Positions 30,827 to 43,236 of a stretch of 64,000 nucleotides of DNA are shown one piece after another. The position numbers and the translations under genes are program-made. Under the pieces are notes generated by a model. That model saw nothing but the letters and a program-made list of their open reading frames with translations, searched no databases and was not told the origin of the DNA. The stretch lies in NCBI GenBank assembly GCA_964016885.1, contig OZ024740.1, positions 349,432,001-349,496,000 on the forward strand, given 5' to 3'. Numbering within the stretch: position 1 is the stretch's first letter; every line of letters starts with the position of its first letter. This stretch comes from Eledone cirrhosa (Eukaryota).

Positions 30827-30860
<34 letters not shown>

Positions 30861-31137
30861 ACTACATACTTAAGACTTACACAACATTCACATGCATTCA
30901 CATTATTTATTCATTACAAGACAACTTTACATAACTAGTCTTGTGAATGTCGTTATCAAACGAACACAACGAGTTCATTTTCCTAATATGGTTTCCCCCG
31001 TTTTTAACAAAGACATATAACCACTATTGTATATTGTATATATATATATATACATACACATACATACATACATACATACATACATACATACATACATACA
31101 TACATACATACATACATACATACATACATACATACAT

Positions 31138-31173
<36 letters not shown>

Positions 31174-31725
31174 GTGTATATGTGTGTGTGTGTTAGTGTG
31201 TGTGTGTGTGTTACGTACTTATTTAACGCACCCCAGTTCTGATGGAAAGTGCCGTATGTAGGTTGAGGGTTAAAAGTTAAGGTACAATAAGTAGATCTAT
31301 TGTTTAGATACCTCACGTATGTAACTATCTGAAAACTATACATTCTAATCCCACATACTCGTAGGTTAACGGCAGAAAGTACATTATCCCATAGGCTTGG
31401 CATGATATATTGTCTCCCCTGTCAATATATATGTATACTTACACACCTATATTTCGCAGTAATGACCACTGCGGGACAAACCACGTACTGAATAAATGTT
31501 AGGTATGTATGTGAATGTTGTATAAGTATTAAGTATGTAGATATGTATTTATGTAGATATGTATTTATGTATTGTTATACTTTGGGAGGGTCATGTTGCC
31601 AATAAGAAACACACGCACCAGTTGCTTTCACTTCAATTTATTATAATAAATTTATAATAAATTTATAAATTTATAAATTTCTGGTTGGTTGGTTGGTTCC
31701 ACAACCAGATAGTTGTTTATATATC

Positions 31726-31768
31726 GTCATAGTTCTTTCGTCACACACTCTGTGACCTCTTCAGTGAC
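31726..31768 (-). ncRNA. Minimal type I hammerhead in the PLE pLTR
   Basis: GTCA-CTGAAGA-G-GTCACA/TGTGAC-GAAAGAACTA-TGAC. Confidence 0.8.
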
Positions 31769-34057
31769 TGGAGATTCCTTTCTTTGTTTCTGTGCCTCTC
31801 CTTTGTTCTGTCCTACGCCATTTTGTTTCTGTGTGTGTGTTGTGTGCTCAGTCTGCGCATGCTCCACATCCGGGTGTCTGTGTGTGTTTATGTTCATTTA
31901 TTTATTTGTTTATTTATTTACATGTTACTGGTTGGTTGTTTGTTCTATGTGTGTGTGTTTTCATTTTGTCCTTAATTGTAAGTTGTGATGTTGCTGTTCC
32001 ACTCATATTTTCTATTTAATTTTGGTTGTAATTCTTTTATGTTTATTGCCTCTGTGATTTGTCTAAACATTGCGTCTTTTCTGTGTGTAGATTCTATTTT
32101 TATTTCTATGTTCTCTAATGTACCCTTGTGTTCTATTTTAGCATGTTGGTAGAGTACAGATGATTCTTTACTATCTTGAAGGTCTCGCCAGTGTTCATTT
32201 ATCCGTTCCCCTACACTACGATGCGTTTCACCTATGTACACTATATTTTTGTCTCTACATTGTCCTTCAGTACATCTTATGCTATACACTACATTTCTAG
32301 TTTAACAGTTAATAATTTGGCTTATTTTACAGGTTATACATTTCTTATCTATACATGAGGGTCTTTGAAAAGGGTATGTCTTGCTAATAAGTGTTTTTAC
32401 GGAGGTACCTGGTCTTTCTACTATCTTAATGTTGAGTTTATGTTTATCTAGGGCCCTTCTAAATTTGTAAGCTAATTCACCTCTAGGGGTTGTATCGATG
32501 AACATTACACTCTGGTATTTATTGCTATCATACCATGAGTTAATTCTATTAGCCTTGTTCCTAGTTCTTTCTATTCTATTCCAAAATTTGCTCCTATACA
32601 AGGGGCAGGTCCCATTTATGTCATTATTTACCATTTTTTCCCATTTGGTTCTGGCTCCTCTATACACTCTGATTTTATTTCACTGATTGTAGCCAGAGAA
32701 CTGCATACGGTGGATGAAGTGTTGTATGTGTCTCTCTAGTTCTTCGGGGTTGCACATGCGGGACACGTTTCTCATCACCCGTACCAAATCCGCAATCAGT
32801 ATGTTGATTTTGGTATGGTCCGAAACGGCCGAGTTTCGGTGGATCAGATGTTTGGAAGTCATGGGTTTGGCATAATGGGAATGGAGGATATTTTTTTTGT
32901 TATTACTGGTATCTAACCAGAGCTCTGTGTCTAGTACAGGTAATCGATGGTTGGGGTGTTTACTTGGGTAGTCTATAGTAACTCTAATGCCCTGGTGGAT
33001 GGAGTTAGCTATTTGCTGGATGCTTTCCATTGTGTTTTTCTCTAGTTCCTGACTGTTCTCTAGTGGGGGTGTCTTAACTACGATATTTATATCATCAATG
33101 TAGCGGGAGTACATTATCAGGGTTAAGGGGTCTTCTAATTGTTCTTTAAGTTTAAGTTTAAGTCTACTGTCCCACCATACCATGAATAAGTTAGCTATGT
33201 CGCCTGCAATGCTAACTCCAACGGCCAGTCTGTGGAGCTAACATTGCTAGTAACTACAGACTGTCCTACTTCCTCTCCCTGATCATACGCCCCATCATTG
33301 AAATGTCCCCAGATGTATGTGACAGCACGGAGGACCTCCTCAGCAGAATCGGCGAGAGTAACCGATCTAGGGACCTAACAAACTGCATAATAGGTAGTAT
33401 TGATGTTGTGTCCCTGTATCCATCTATTGACGTGGATTTTGCTGTGGAGAAATGCGTAGAAATGATCAGTGAGAGCAATGTTGAGTTCCGTGGGATTGAT
33501 ACCAGTGAGCTGGGATTCCTACTTAAACTTACCTATAGTAATAATAAGATGTACTGAAGGACAATGTAGAGACAAAAATATAGTGTACATAGGTGAGACA
33601 GCACGTAGTGTAGGGGAACGGATAAATGAACACTGGCGAGACCTTCAAGATAGTAAAGAATCATCTGTACTCTACCAACATGCTAAAATAGAACACAAGG
33701 GTACATTAGAGAACATAGAAATAAAAATAGAATCTACACACAGAAAAGACGCAATGTTTAGACAAATCACAGAGGCAATAAACAAAAGAATTACAACCAA
33801 AATTAAATAGAAAATATGAGTGGAACAGCAACATCACAACTTACAATTAAGGACAAAATGAAAACACACACACACATAGAACAAACAACCAACCAGTAAC
33901 ATGTAAATAAATAAACAAATAAATAAATGAACATAAACACACACAGACACCCGGATGTGGCGCATGCGCAGACTGAGCACACAACACACACACATAGAAA
34001 CAAAATGGCGTAGGACAGAACAAAGGAGAGGCACAGAAACAAAGAAAGGAATCCCCA

Positions 34058-34100
34058 GTCACTGAAGAGGTCACAGAGTGTGTGACGAAAGAACTATGAC
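34058..34100 (+). ncRNA. Minimal type I hammerhead in the PLE pLTR (inverted partner)
   Basis: Same motif as 31726-31768. Confidence 0.8.
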
Positions 34101-34324
34101 AATATATAAACAACTATCTGGTTGTGGAACCAACCAAACAACCAGAAATTTATAAATTTATAAATTTATTATAAATTTATTATAAATTTATTATAATAAA
34201 TTGAAGTGAAAGCAACTGGTGCGTGTGTTTCTTATTGGCAACATGACCCTCCCAAAGTATAACAATATCGGTTTCAACACACGATTTCAGATAAAGAATC
34301 TTGCTAAACAAATTCAGAAACGAA

Positions 34325-35040
34325 ATGTATTTATGTAGATATGTATTTATGTATGTATATGCATGTATGTAGATATGTACTTATGTATATGCATGTATGT
34401 ATGTATGTATGTAGATATGTAGTTATGTAGATATGTATTTATGTATGTATTATGCATGTATGTATGTAGATATGTACTTATGTATTATGCATGTATGTAT
34501 GTATGTATATATGTAGTTTTGTAGATAAGTATTATGTATGTATATGCATGTATTTATGTAGATATGTACTTATGTATTATGCATGTATGTATGTATGTAG
34601 ATATGTAGTTTTGTAGATATGTATTTATGTATGTATATGCATGTATGTATGTAGATATGTACTTATGTATATATGCATGTATGTATGTATGTAGATATGT
34701 ACTTATGTAGATATGTATTTATGTATGTATATGCATGTATGTATTTATGTAGATATGTATTTATGTAGATATGTATTTATGTATGTATGTATGTAGATAT
34801 GTACTTATGTATATGCATGTATGTATGTAGATATGTACTTATGTATATGCATGTATGTATGTATGTAGATATGTATGTATGTAGATATGTAGTTATGTAG
34901 ATATGTAGTTATGTAGATAAATATTTATGTATGTATATGCATGTATGTATGTAGATATGTACTTATGTATATGCATGTATGTATGTAGATATGTAGTTAT
35001 GTAGATATGTATTTATGTATGTATATGCATGTAGATATGT
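34325..35040. repeat. Compound ATGT-derived minisatellite
   Basis: Mosaic of ATGTAGAT, ATGTATTT, ATGTACTT and ATGC units. Confidence 0.9.
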
Positions 35041-36199
35041 AAGAAATGTCATCTTTGCTGTCATGAATATAAAGCTCCTATCGATTACCAGATTGCCATG
35101 GCCAGAAACGCAGTGCTATATACATGCAGTGCCTGTGGCAAAGAATGCAGGTCATCAGGTGGCCTAGACAGGCTCATTAATGTGCATAAATGAGCCTCAA
35201 GAGGCCAATAATGTTATGACCGGGGCGTGGCACACCTGCCAACACTGCAAAAAACTGAAAGTCGTTTGCTTACTTAAAAAGCTATATTCATTTGCAACAC
35301 CTACAGAGCTCAAGCTGATGACATTCGATAACCATCCTCGATCATTGAGTGGCTGTCATCAAGTATGTATATAGGTATGCATATATTGATTCTTTTTTTT
35401 TTTTTAAATAGGTGTTTAAATTCGCAAATATATATAAGATTAAAATAATACATATATTGTACCTATGCTTTTTTAAATGGATCTCCGTTGGTTTCAGTTA
35501 TTCGTTAAACAAAACAGTCAAATCGTTAATTAACACATAGGTAACTGTTATTATTCTACAGACATAATAATAGTTACCTATGCGTTAAATAACGGGTAGA
35601 CTGTTTCATTTAACGAATAACTGAAACCATCGGAGTTCCATCCTTACGGGGTCGATAAAATAAAGTACCAGTAATGCACTAGGATAATTGCTGGCCTCGT
35701 GTCAAAAAGTAGAAACAATTATTATTCTACAGACACCTTTTCTCTTAACGTAATTCTCGTGATACATTGTTTGATAAAGCTATCTGTCTATCTATTTATC
35801 AACTATCTGTCTATCTATTTATCAACTGTCTCTCTATGACTGTCATGTCGCCATCTGAGGATGCGAAACATTTTCTCCCGATATATACTATCGAACGTTT
35901 TCTTAAAATCAATAAATATTATGACAGCTTTTCTGTTACTGCGTTAAACACACTCAATTATACTTCTAAGTGCCAAAATGTGTGCCACTATCGGTCTTCC
36001 AGGACGGAACCCATTTTGGCTTCTTCTAAGAAGCTGGTCAATCTTTGGCTGGATATGATTCAATATTATCTTTTTTATGACCCTGGAGATCATAGAAGAG
36101 ACACTTATTCCCCTGTAGTTTCCCGTGTCACCAATTCGCCTGGTTTAAGCAAATGAATTAGGTTTGAATCTACCTATAATCAGTTTGTTAGGAGTAGCA

Positions 36200-36990
36200 A
36201 CTATCCATCACATACAATTTTCTTTGCTTTCAAAAGTTCTGCCATTACGAAGGGTTCATCATTATTTCCCAGAACTTTCAGGAGAGGCAAAATGTCTTCC
36301 CTTCATCTTCATCTTGTACATCTGGTTTCTTCCCTAGAAGATCTTTCAAGAGATTATACCAAAGCTTTATTCTTTATCATTGGCTATTACTTTTAATCAA
36401 ACCTCTTTTCTACCGGAAATATCGTTGATCAACCACCAGCTTTAACCACATCTGTATTTCAAATCTGACTCATTTAATTTCTGAACTATTTCATTCCGTT
36501 TCTTTTTTTCTTTTGTTGAGTAAAGTTGTATTTGCTTCTCTCTTTCTACTTGAAGTTTACTTTGAATCTCTGGTTTACTTTGAATACCTGGTATTCATCC
36601 ATGTTTTCTATCTGCTACAATACGGCCTTCATTAGCTATGTCATTTCGACTATCTTTTTTCGCCCATGGAATTATCTTTTCAGAAGCCTTTTTATCGGTT
36701 TTCCCGACTTCCCTTAACCTTTTGGCACCAACAATTCTTTATATCTTTTGGACACTGTCACCGTGTAGAGCTTCTGCAAGTTTGAATTTTTCAGAGCACC
36801 CCAACCATATCCGATTTTCACCGGTTGCCTTTCTGCCTTGCGTGGACTCAATTTCATCTTAACTGTTAGTTTTCGAAGGTCAGATTCATGACTTACTATA
36901 GCAATTAAATGTATCCACATATTTGACAGAGTTTTGACAAAGATGGGCCTTTGAATTACAGACACAATCCATCCGCCAAGCCTACAAATA
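36200..36990 (-). pseudogene. Old degraded LINE fragment (APE C-terminus and linker)
   Basis: SDLRKLTVKMKLSPRK...LKNSNLQKLYTVTVSKRY resembles RTE post-APE sequence; weak support. Confidence 0.4.
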
Positions 36991-37379
36991 GTTTCTGTTT
37001 CCAAAATTTCATTTACAAATCTATAGCCCGAGGCTATAGTAAAAGACAATAGCCTAATATGTCGCGCATTGGAACCGAAACCCAAACCCCATTATGTGAA
37101 ACAAACTTCGTCAGCATTCAACTATAGCCTTTTACTATATACTCACTGTGTGGACACAGCATGGTCGAATAGTTAAGAAATTGACTTCACAGTCAGAATA
37201 CCTCGGTTTAATCCCACTGGAAGTCACTTATTTACATAGCTTTAGATCAACCTAAGCCAATTGAAAGAAAGTGGATGGAGAGAAACTGAATGGAAGCCCG
37301 TAACTAGAATATTATGAGTCAGACTAGTCAAACACTGTGTCATGCTGAACTTCCCAGAGAATTAGGTAAACGGTACAGA

Positions 37380-37696
37380 TACACTCAGTTTCAAAATAAT
37401 AGGGGGGGGGGATAAGCGGAGGGGTGGACATTTGCTTAAATTCTTATAAGCGTGGGTAGTTGGAATAAACGGGGGTGGTGGGAAATAGGTAATTGTATAG
37501 TGTTTAGTTCGTAAATATGAGATTTCTTGTAATGTACTTTCTTGTGTCATATATATGTTGTTTTTTTTATGTAAAATAAAATTATTATTAGATTGTAGGA
37601 TATAGATTACAAAAATTTAATAAGAGGAGTTGGTTGGAAAAATCTGAAAAATAGATAAGCGCTTGGGTGGAGACGATTATTCAAGACCTGGGAGTA
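37380..37696. mobile_element. Possible MITE with imperfect terminal inverted repeats
   Basis: Left end TACACTCAGTTTCAAAATAAT versus reverse complement of right end TACTCCCAGGTCTTGAATAAT. Confidence 0.4.
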
Positions 37697-37999
37697 TGAG
37701 GAATATTCAACCACTTGCCAATCTATTCTGCTGCTTTCCAAATGTTTTAACATCGTTTCAGCAGTACATATGGTTCTCAATTTAGAACACTTCTTTTCTC
37801 TATATAAATCTATATACATTGCTATAACCATGTTAACTGATGTGACCCAGTACGACACATTTTGTAACTTCCACTAGTAAACAAATGTTTGGGGAAGTTT
37901 TCTCAAGTATTGTCATGTCTTGTTTTTTACCTATTCATAATGTTCAACTGTTTGCATAATCAAACACTGCAATACTTGTACTACTTCCCTATAAAATAG

Positions 38000-38066
<67 letters not shown>

Positions 38067-38241
38067 TTCTCTCTCTCCCCCTCTCTTTCTCTCGCTTTCT
38101 CTCTCTCTCTCACTCGCTCTCTCTCTCTTACCTTTCGCGCTACCTGTGATTCATGCATATACATATTTAGTTACAGTCCTTCATTCAGCTTGACTTTCAA
38201 CGGAACGAATTATAAACATATATATATATATATATGTGTGC

Positions 38242-38345
<104 letters not shown>

Positions 38346-38705
38346 GTGTATGGGTATATGTGTTTATATTCGGTCTGTTGAAATGCTGAATGCCAAACCA
38401 ATTGAGCATGTCAAGGACCTCCTTCGGCTTTGATGACGAGTGTCTCTGCATTTCGAACAGAACAACCTACTCGGAAATTAACATGCAAGTGTCTGAGCAT
38501 TTCATTGATACGTGTAACTTTAACGTAGTTCTTGAGAAGATTCAGCGTGACTGAAATGCACCCATTGATTTAGACGTATTTTCGTCTTTAACCCGCAGAT
38601 AGTTCGGAGTTAAATCAAACTGTTAATATACTCAACTTCGACATTATGTGTTTGTTCTCTTTTTCTGTTTGTACCCACAAGCATATATATGTGTGTGAGC
38701 ACCTG

Positions 38706-38807
38706 TGGGATTGACTCAGTGCACAGTCTTTCCTCACTTTAAAAAATATCTTCACGCACAGGCATTACACGATCGTGCAATGGCCATACTCGACAACGAG
38801 GGGGCAA

Positions 38808-38813
<6 letters not shown>
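38706..38813 (+). mobile_element. Mini RTE-ZF derivative: LINE 5' UTR fused directly to the 3' hairpin
   Basis: 38706-38772 matches LINE 702-768. 38773-38813 matches the LINE 3' end at 6112-6152. Confidence 0.85.
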
Positions 38814-38871
<58 letters not shown>

Positions 38872-38957
38872 CGTGTGTATAAAGACGAAGTTTTCTGTAT
38901 GTGTGTGTATGTGTGTGTAGACAGTTTTTAATGTGGGCTCATATATTCTAAACCATT

Positions 38958-41064
38958 TGTAGCAAGAGTTGCCTCCCTTATCACCAGTAGCGCTCTCTAG
39001 ACAGGACGTGGCTGGAGTTACTTCCCGTTGAGGTGGCAGAACCTTCTTTGTCACTTCCGTCCTGTGACCCTATAAAAGGGATAGCTGAAAGCTGTCCCTC
39101 TCTCTTCTAACCTGCCTGCGTCTTCGGCCAGGCTCGCGTTCGCCGAGGCTATACGATCTGGCAACCTGAACATGGTAATGTAAAGACCACTTGGTCTCTT
39201 GCGAGATGACTTCAAAACGGTAATACAAATAACTTTAATTCGTTCTTTCATCTAATCTTGGCATGTCAACTATTCTGCTCTACATAACTCAACCTTGTTA
39301 AATAAACATTGAACATACAACCGAGTGTCGTCCTTTTATATTCATACAACCCAGTGTTCTGTTATAAGTGGTGACCCCGAGAAAAAAATAATAGGATCTG
39401 GTGTTGTGTGAATGTAAAAAAAAAAAAGAGAAAATTAATTAGCAGTATTTCAAAAAGAAAAAAATTCCTCTAACAACATTCCACATGGATTTTGTCTAAA
39501 ACGAAAAATAGAACTAATCTTTTTCTCAGCAGCAAACAAACAAGAAAAAATTTTGTTCTTCACCTAACGTGTTTACATCGTTTAAATGTCGCTGCTTTTT
39601 TATCACTTTCAAAAAAAAAAGAAAAATTGAACATCTCGCCATATACAAAGTGAATATAGCCTTTACTTCTTTTTCATTATATTATCACGTTCACACAAAT
39701 TTTTCAAAATGGCTGCCAACGACCTGTTGCACTATCATTTTCGCGCCATTTTCTCGTACAATAGAAATATTTTCTTTTCAACTTGACTTTAACCTTGTTT
39801 CGGCACGTGTGGGAGCGCACATCTCGACTCACTGACATAACATACGCCATAGGTAATGTTTCTTGCCAAGGATTCTCCAGCCTTAAGCTATATTTGCCGG
39901 TTTAAAAATTTACCACGTAAATTTGCCGTTGAAAACTGCGCATTTATTCAGAATGCTTATTTCTTTGGTTGCTGGCCTCTTGGCCCTTCCAGGTCAACGC
40001 ATTATCAACATCGACCATCAACTCTGGCTGTTATTTCTAGCACTTTGCGCAACTCATTTTTTCTGGAAAACTGTTTACTGTGAACGGAAACAACATCGAA
40101 TAGGCTCACTCCGCGAGACAACAACATCAACAACAACAACACAGCTTCATCAACAACCAAAACCAGCAGAACAAGACAGAGAATTTATTTTTGCAGCACT
40201 CTTCCTGTAAGAAAATCCCTTCGGAGGTTGGGAATTTCACGTTGTACCACAGTCCAGAAACCACCTGCATACATTCTCTGGAACACACTTTCTTTCCTGC
40301 TGTCACCTGTGAACTGTATTTTGAACATTTGAACCTTTTTTTTTTCTAATAACTATGTTCGAGCACGTTTCTTTGCTCCTTTGACCTCTTCTTTTAGTTT
40401 GATTACATTGTATCTTTGAGTGATGGATAGACAGATGTCCAGTCGTTCTCTGGCCAAGAGCGGTTGGCTACCTTGATATCTATCATTAATTTTTGCATGC
40501 TTATATTTTGCTGCTTTCCTTTTATTGCAAACATTATTTTTTTGTAATTCTCATGCCTGGACTTTGGTGTTACATGCTCGCCATCTTACTTCATACATGG
40601 TTTATCCGATTTTTGTGTTTTAAAAATCTGGCGGGAGATAATGTAGCAAGAGTTGCCTCCCTTATCACCAGTAGCGCTCTCTAGACAGGAAGTGGCTGGA
40701 GTTACTTCCCGTTGAGGTGGCAGAACCTTCTTTGTCACTTCCGTCCTGGGACCCTATAAAAGGGATAGCTGAAAGCTGTCCCCCTCTCTTCTAACCTGCC
40801 TGGCCCTTCGGCCAGGAGTCTTCGGCCAGGCTCGCGTTCGCCGAAGCTATACGATCTGGCAACCTGAACATGGTAATGTAAAGACCACTTGGTCTCTTGC
40901 GAGATGACTTCAAAACGGTAATACAAATAACTTTAATTCGTTCTTTCATCTAATCATGGCATGTCAACTATTCTGCTCTACATAACTCAACCTTGTTAAA
41001 TAAACATTGAACATACAACCGAGTGACGCCTGTTATATTCATACAACCCAGTAACCCTGTTATA
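38958..41064 (+). mobile_element. Complete non-autonomous LTR retrotransposon (Gypsy-like signals, non-coding interior)
   Basis: LTRs at 38958-39366 and 40642-41064 with TATAAAA and AATAAA. PBS TGGTGACCCCGA at 39369-39380 is complementary to the tRNA-Trp 3' end. PPT-like GGCGGGAGATA. 4 bp TSD CATT. Confidence 0.93.
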
Positions 41065-41744
41065 CATTCATGCGATTTCTTTGAATTTTTTTACAGAGCT
41101 TCTTCTTGCACAAAACCTGTACATGATCTACAAAGGCTTTTAAAAATCGATATTGGGGCCTTTGGAGACATTTTAAAAGTTTCGGTTATTTGTGTGAATT
41201 TTCGTGATTAAGTAAGACAAGAGTTATCTTTAAGTAAGACAAGAGTTATCTTTCGTAATTCGGCTCATTCGGATTTTAATTTAGTCTTTATACTTGAAAC
41301 AAAAGGTACGATTCCTTGAGACTAACAATATCATTTTGTATATTTCACAACCAACAATTTCTAACAGATTACTAAGTTAAGTTATAGATTTGACATTGTA
41401 TAATTTATCGTTTCAAGCTTGATGTTCAAACATTAAGTGATGACATAACTTTTACAATATTATGCTTTGTACATAATAGTGTCTATTATTCACTTCACTT
41501 CTCTATTTCATGATGCGCTTTTATTGTTGTAAAAAAAATGTATACCTAGACTGGATTTCTGTTGTTACATGGTATAACGGATGACGCCGAGCTCACATAT
41601 TAATTATTTCGCTGGAAAAGTGCCTAAGGTTTTCATGTTTACATAAAGTACGTTTTTCTTCTATCTATTCAAATTTACTTTGTTTAGTTTAATGAGCTAC
41701 ATCGAAAGCTACTTGAACCGTCCCAAGGATGGTTAGTTTGGCTA

Positions 41745-41784
<40 letters not shown>

Positions 41785-41940
41785 TAGCCAAACTACCCAT
41801 CCTTGGGACGGTTCAAGTAGCTTTCGATGTAGCTCATTAAACTAAACAAAGTAAATTTGAATAGATAGAAGAAAAAAAAAATATATATATATATACTAGC
41901 TAAACTACCCATCCTTATATACCACTCAGCCATATATATA

Positions 41941-42052
41941 TGGCTGAGTGGTTAGAGAATTGGATTCACAATCTTGAGATTGTGAGTTCGATTCCTGGAC
42001 CGGGCGATGCGTTATGTCCTTGACCAAGACACTTTATTTCAGGTTGCTCCTT
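41941..42052 (+). mobile_element. tRNA-derived SINE (family B)
   Basis: A box TGGCTGAGTGG and B box GAGTTCGATTCC, followed by the body motif GTCCTTGACCAAGACACTT. Confidence 0.7.
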
Positions 42053-42793
42053 CTACCTGGAGTTGCGAACGATAGATAGTATTAGCAACTGGAAAAACCG
42101 ACGAAAAACATTGTTTCCTCGGTCCGATTTGACGAAAGTCGATCGATCCTTTTATATATATATTATATTCGTTGTACTGCCTCTCTGTTTTGTTCCTGTT
42201 CAAATTTTTACATTATATATAATACACGCTCACACGGCTTCCATTCCTTTGGAACATAACTTAACTACCGGCTCAACCCCGATCTAATCCGCCGTGACCA
42301 TTATCCGAACTTTACACACCTTCCTACACTTGGTCTTTCCTTCCACGCATTACCTTTGTTTGATCTTGTTACTGTACTTGTTTATTTCCGTATATGATTC
42401 TTTGCCTGTGTTCTTACAATTTTATTTCTATGATTTTTTTGTTCACGATTGCCTGATTAAAGACAAAAAATCATAAAGGTAAAAACCTTTATGATTTTTT
42501 GTCTTTAATTTTCTTGTGTATACTCCCCCCTCCTTACGTTTTTCTGTTTCATTTTCCCTTCCCCGTCTCTGCCTATCCTTCGCACTCACTCATTCGTTCA
42601 CTCCACCCCGCTTCACACCCCTGCTTTCTCATCCCTCCCCCTGCTTTCACCCAACGCCCACCATGCCCAGCCTATTTTGATCATGCTTTATTTTTATTTT
42701 TATTTTTAATTTCATTCGCACCGTTTCCTTTCGCTATATGTTTCTCCACCACTCCCCTACACACCCTTTGAACTCTGTTCCCACACACTTCTC

Positions 42794-42825
42794 ACCTGAG
42801 GAAGGGCTTATGCCCGAAACGTCGT
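42794..42825 (+). ncRNA. Minimal hammerhead in a C-rich PLE-type terminus
   Basis: AC-CTGAGGA-A-GGGC-TTAT-GCCC-GAAAC-GTC-GT, with palindromic ACGT stem III and GUC triplet. Confidence 0.7.
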
Positions 42826-42915
42826 TCCCCACCACCACCTCACTCTCCAGAGCGTGAAATTAATAAACATTCGTTGTACTACCTCTCTGTTTTGTTCCTG
42901 TTCAAATTTTTCCAT

Positions 42916-42998
<83 letters not shown>

Positions 42999-43188
42999 AA
43001 AAAGTATGATCCCGACATCAGAGCTGAAGCCGTTTCGACGGCTATTTCTGGACTCTAGAAATAGCCGCCGAAACGGCTTGAGCTCTGCTGTCTGGTTCAT
43101 ACTTTGTCCTATTACCCAGTCTACTAACCTAAGTATTGAGTACTCTGGTGCGTTATGGTCCATCTGGTTCCTTACCACAATTCCTTCG

Positions 43189-43232
<44 letters not shown>

Positions 43233-43236
<4 letters not shown>

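Larger units (their letters stand above)
31571..34324. mobile_element. Penelope-like element with long inverted terminal arms
   Basis: Minus strand: YSRYIDDI RT, LPVLDTEL, GIY-YIG (YSIRC..VYIGET.R..ERINEH). Plus strand: RT piece DVVSLYPSID at 33303-33543. Arms 31571-32280 and 33544-34266 are reverse complements. ATGTATTTATGTAGATATGTATTTATGT flanks both sides. Confidence 0.92.

Noticed and set aside
35845-35880. CTGAGGATGCGAAAC hammerhead-like core
   Set aside because: No stem II and no stem I.
41941-42005. tRNA gene
   Set aside because: A/B boxes are present, but I could not fold a full cloverleaf and a SINE body follows.
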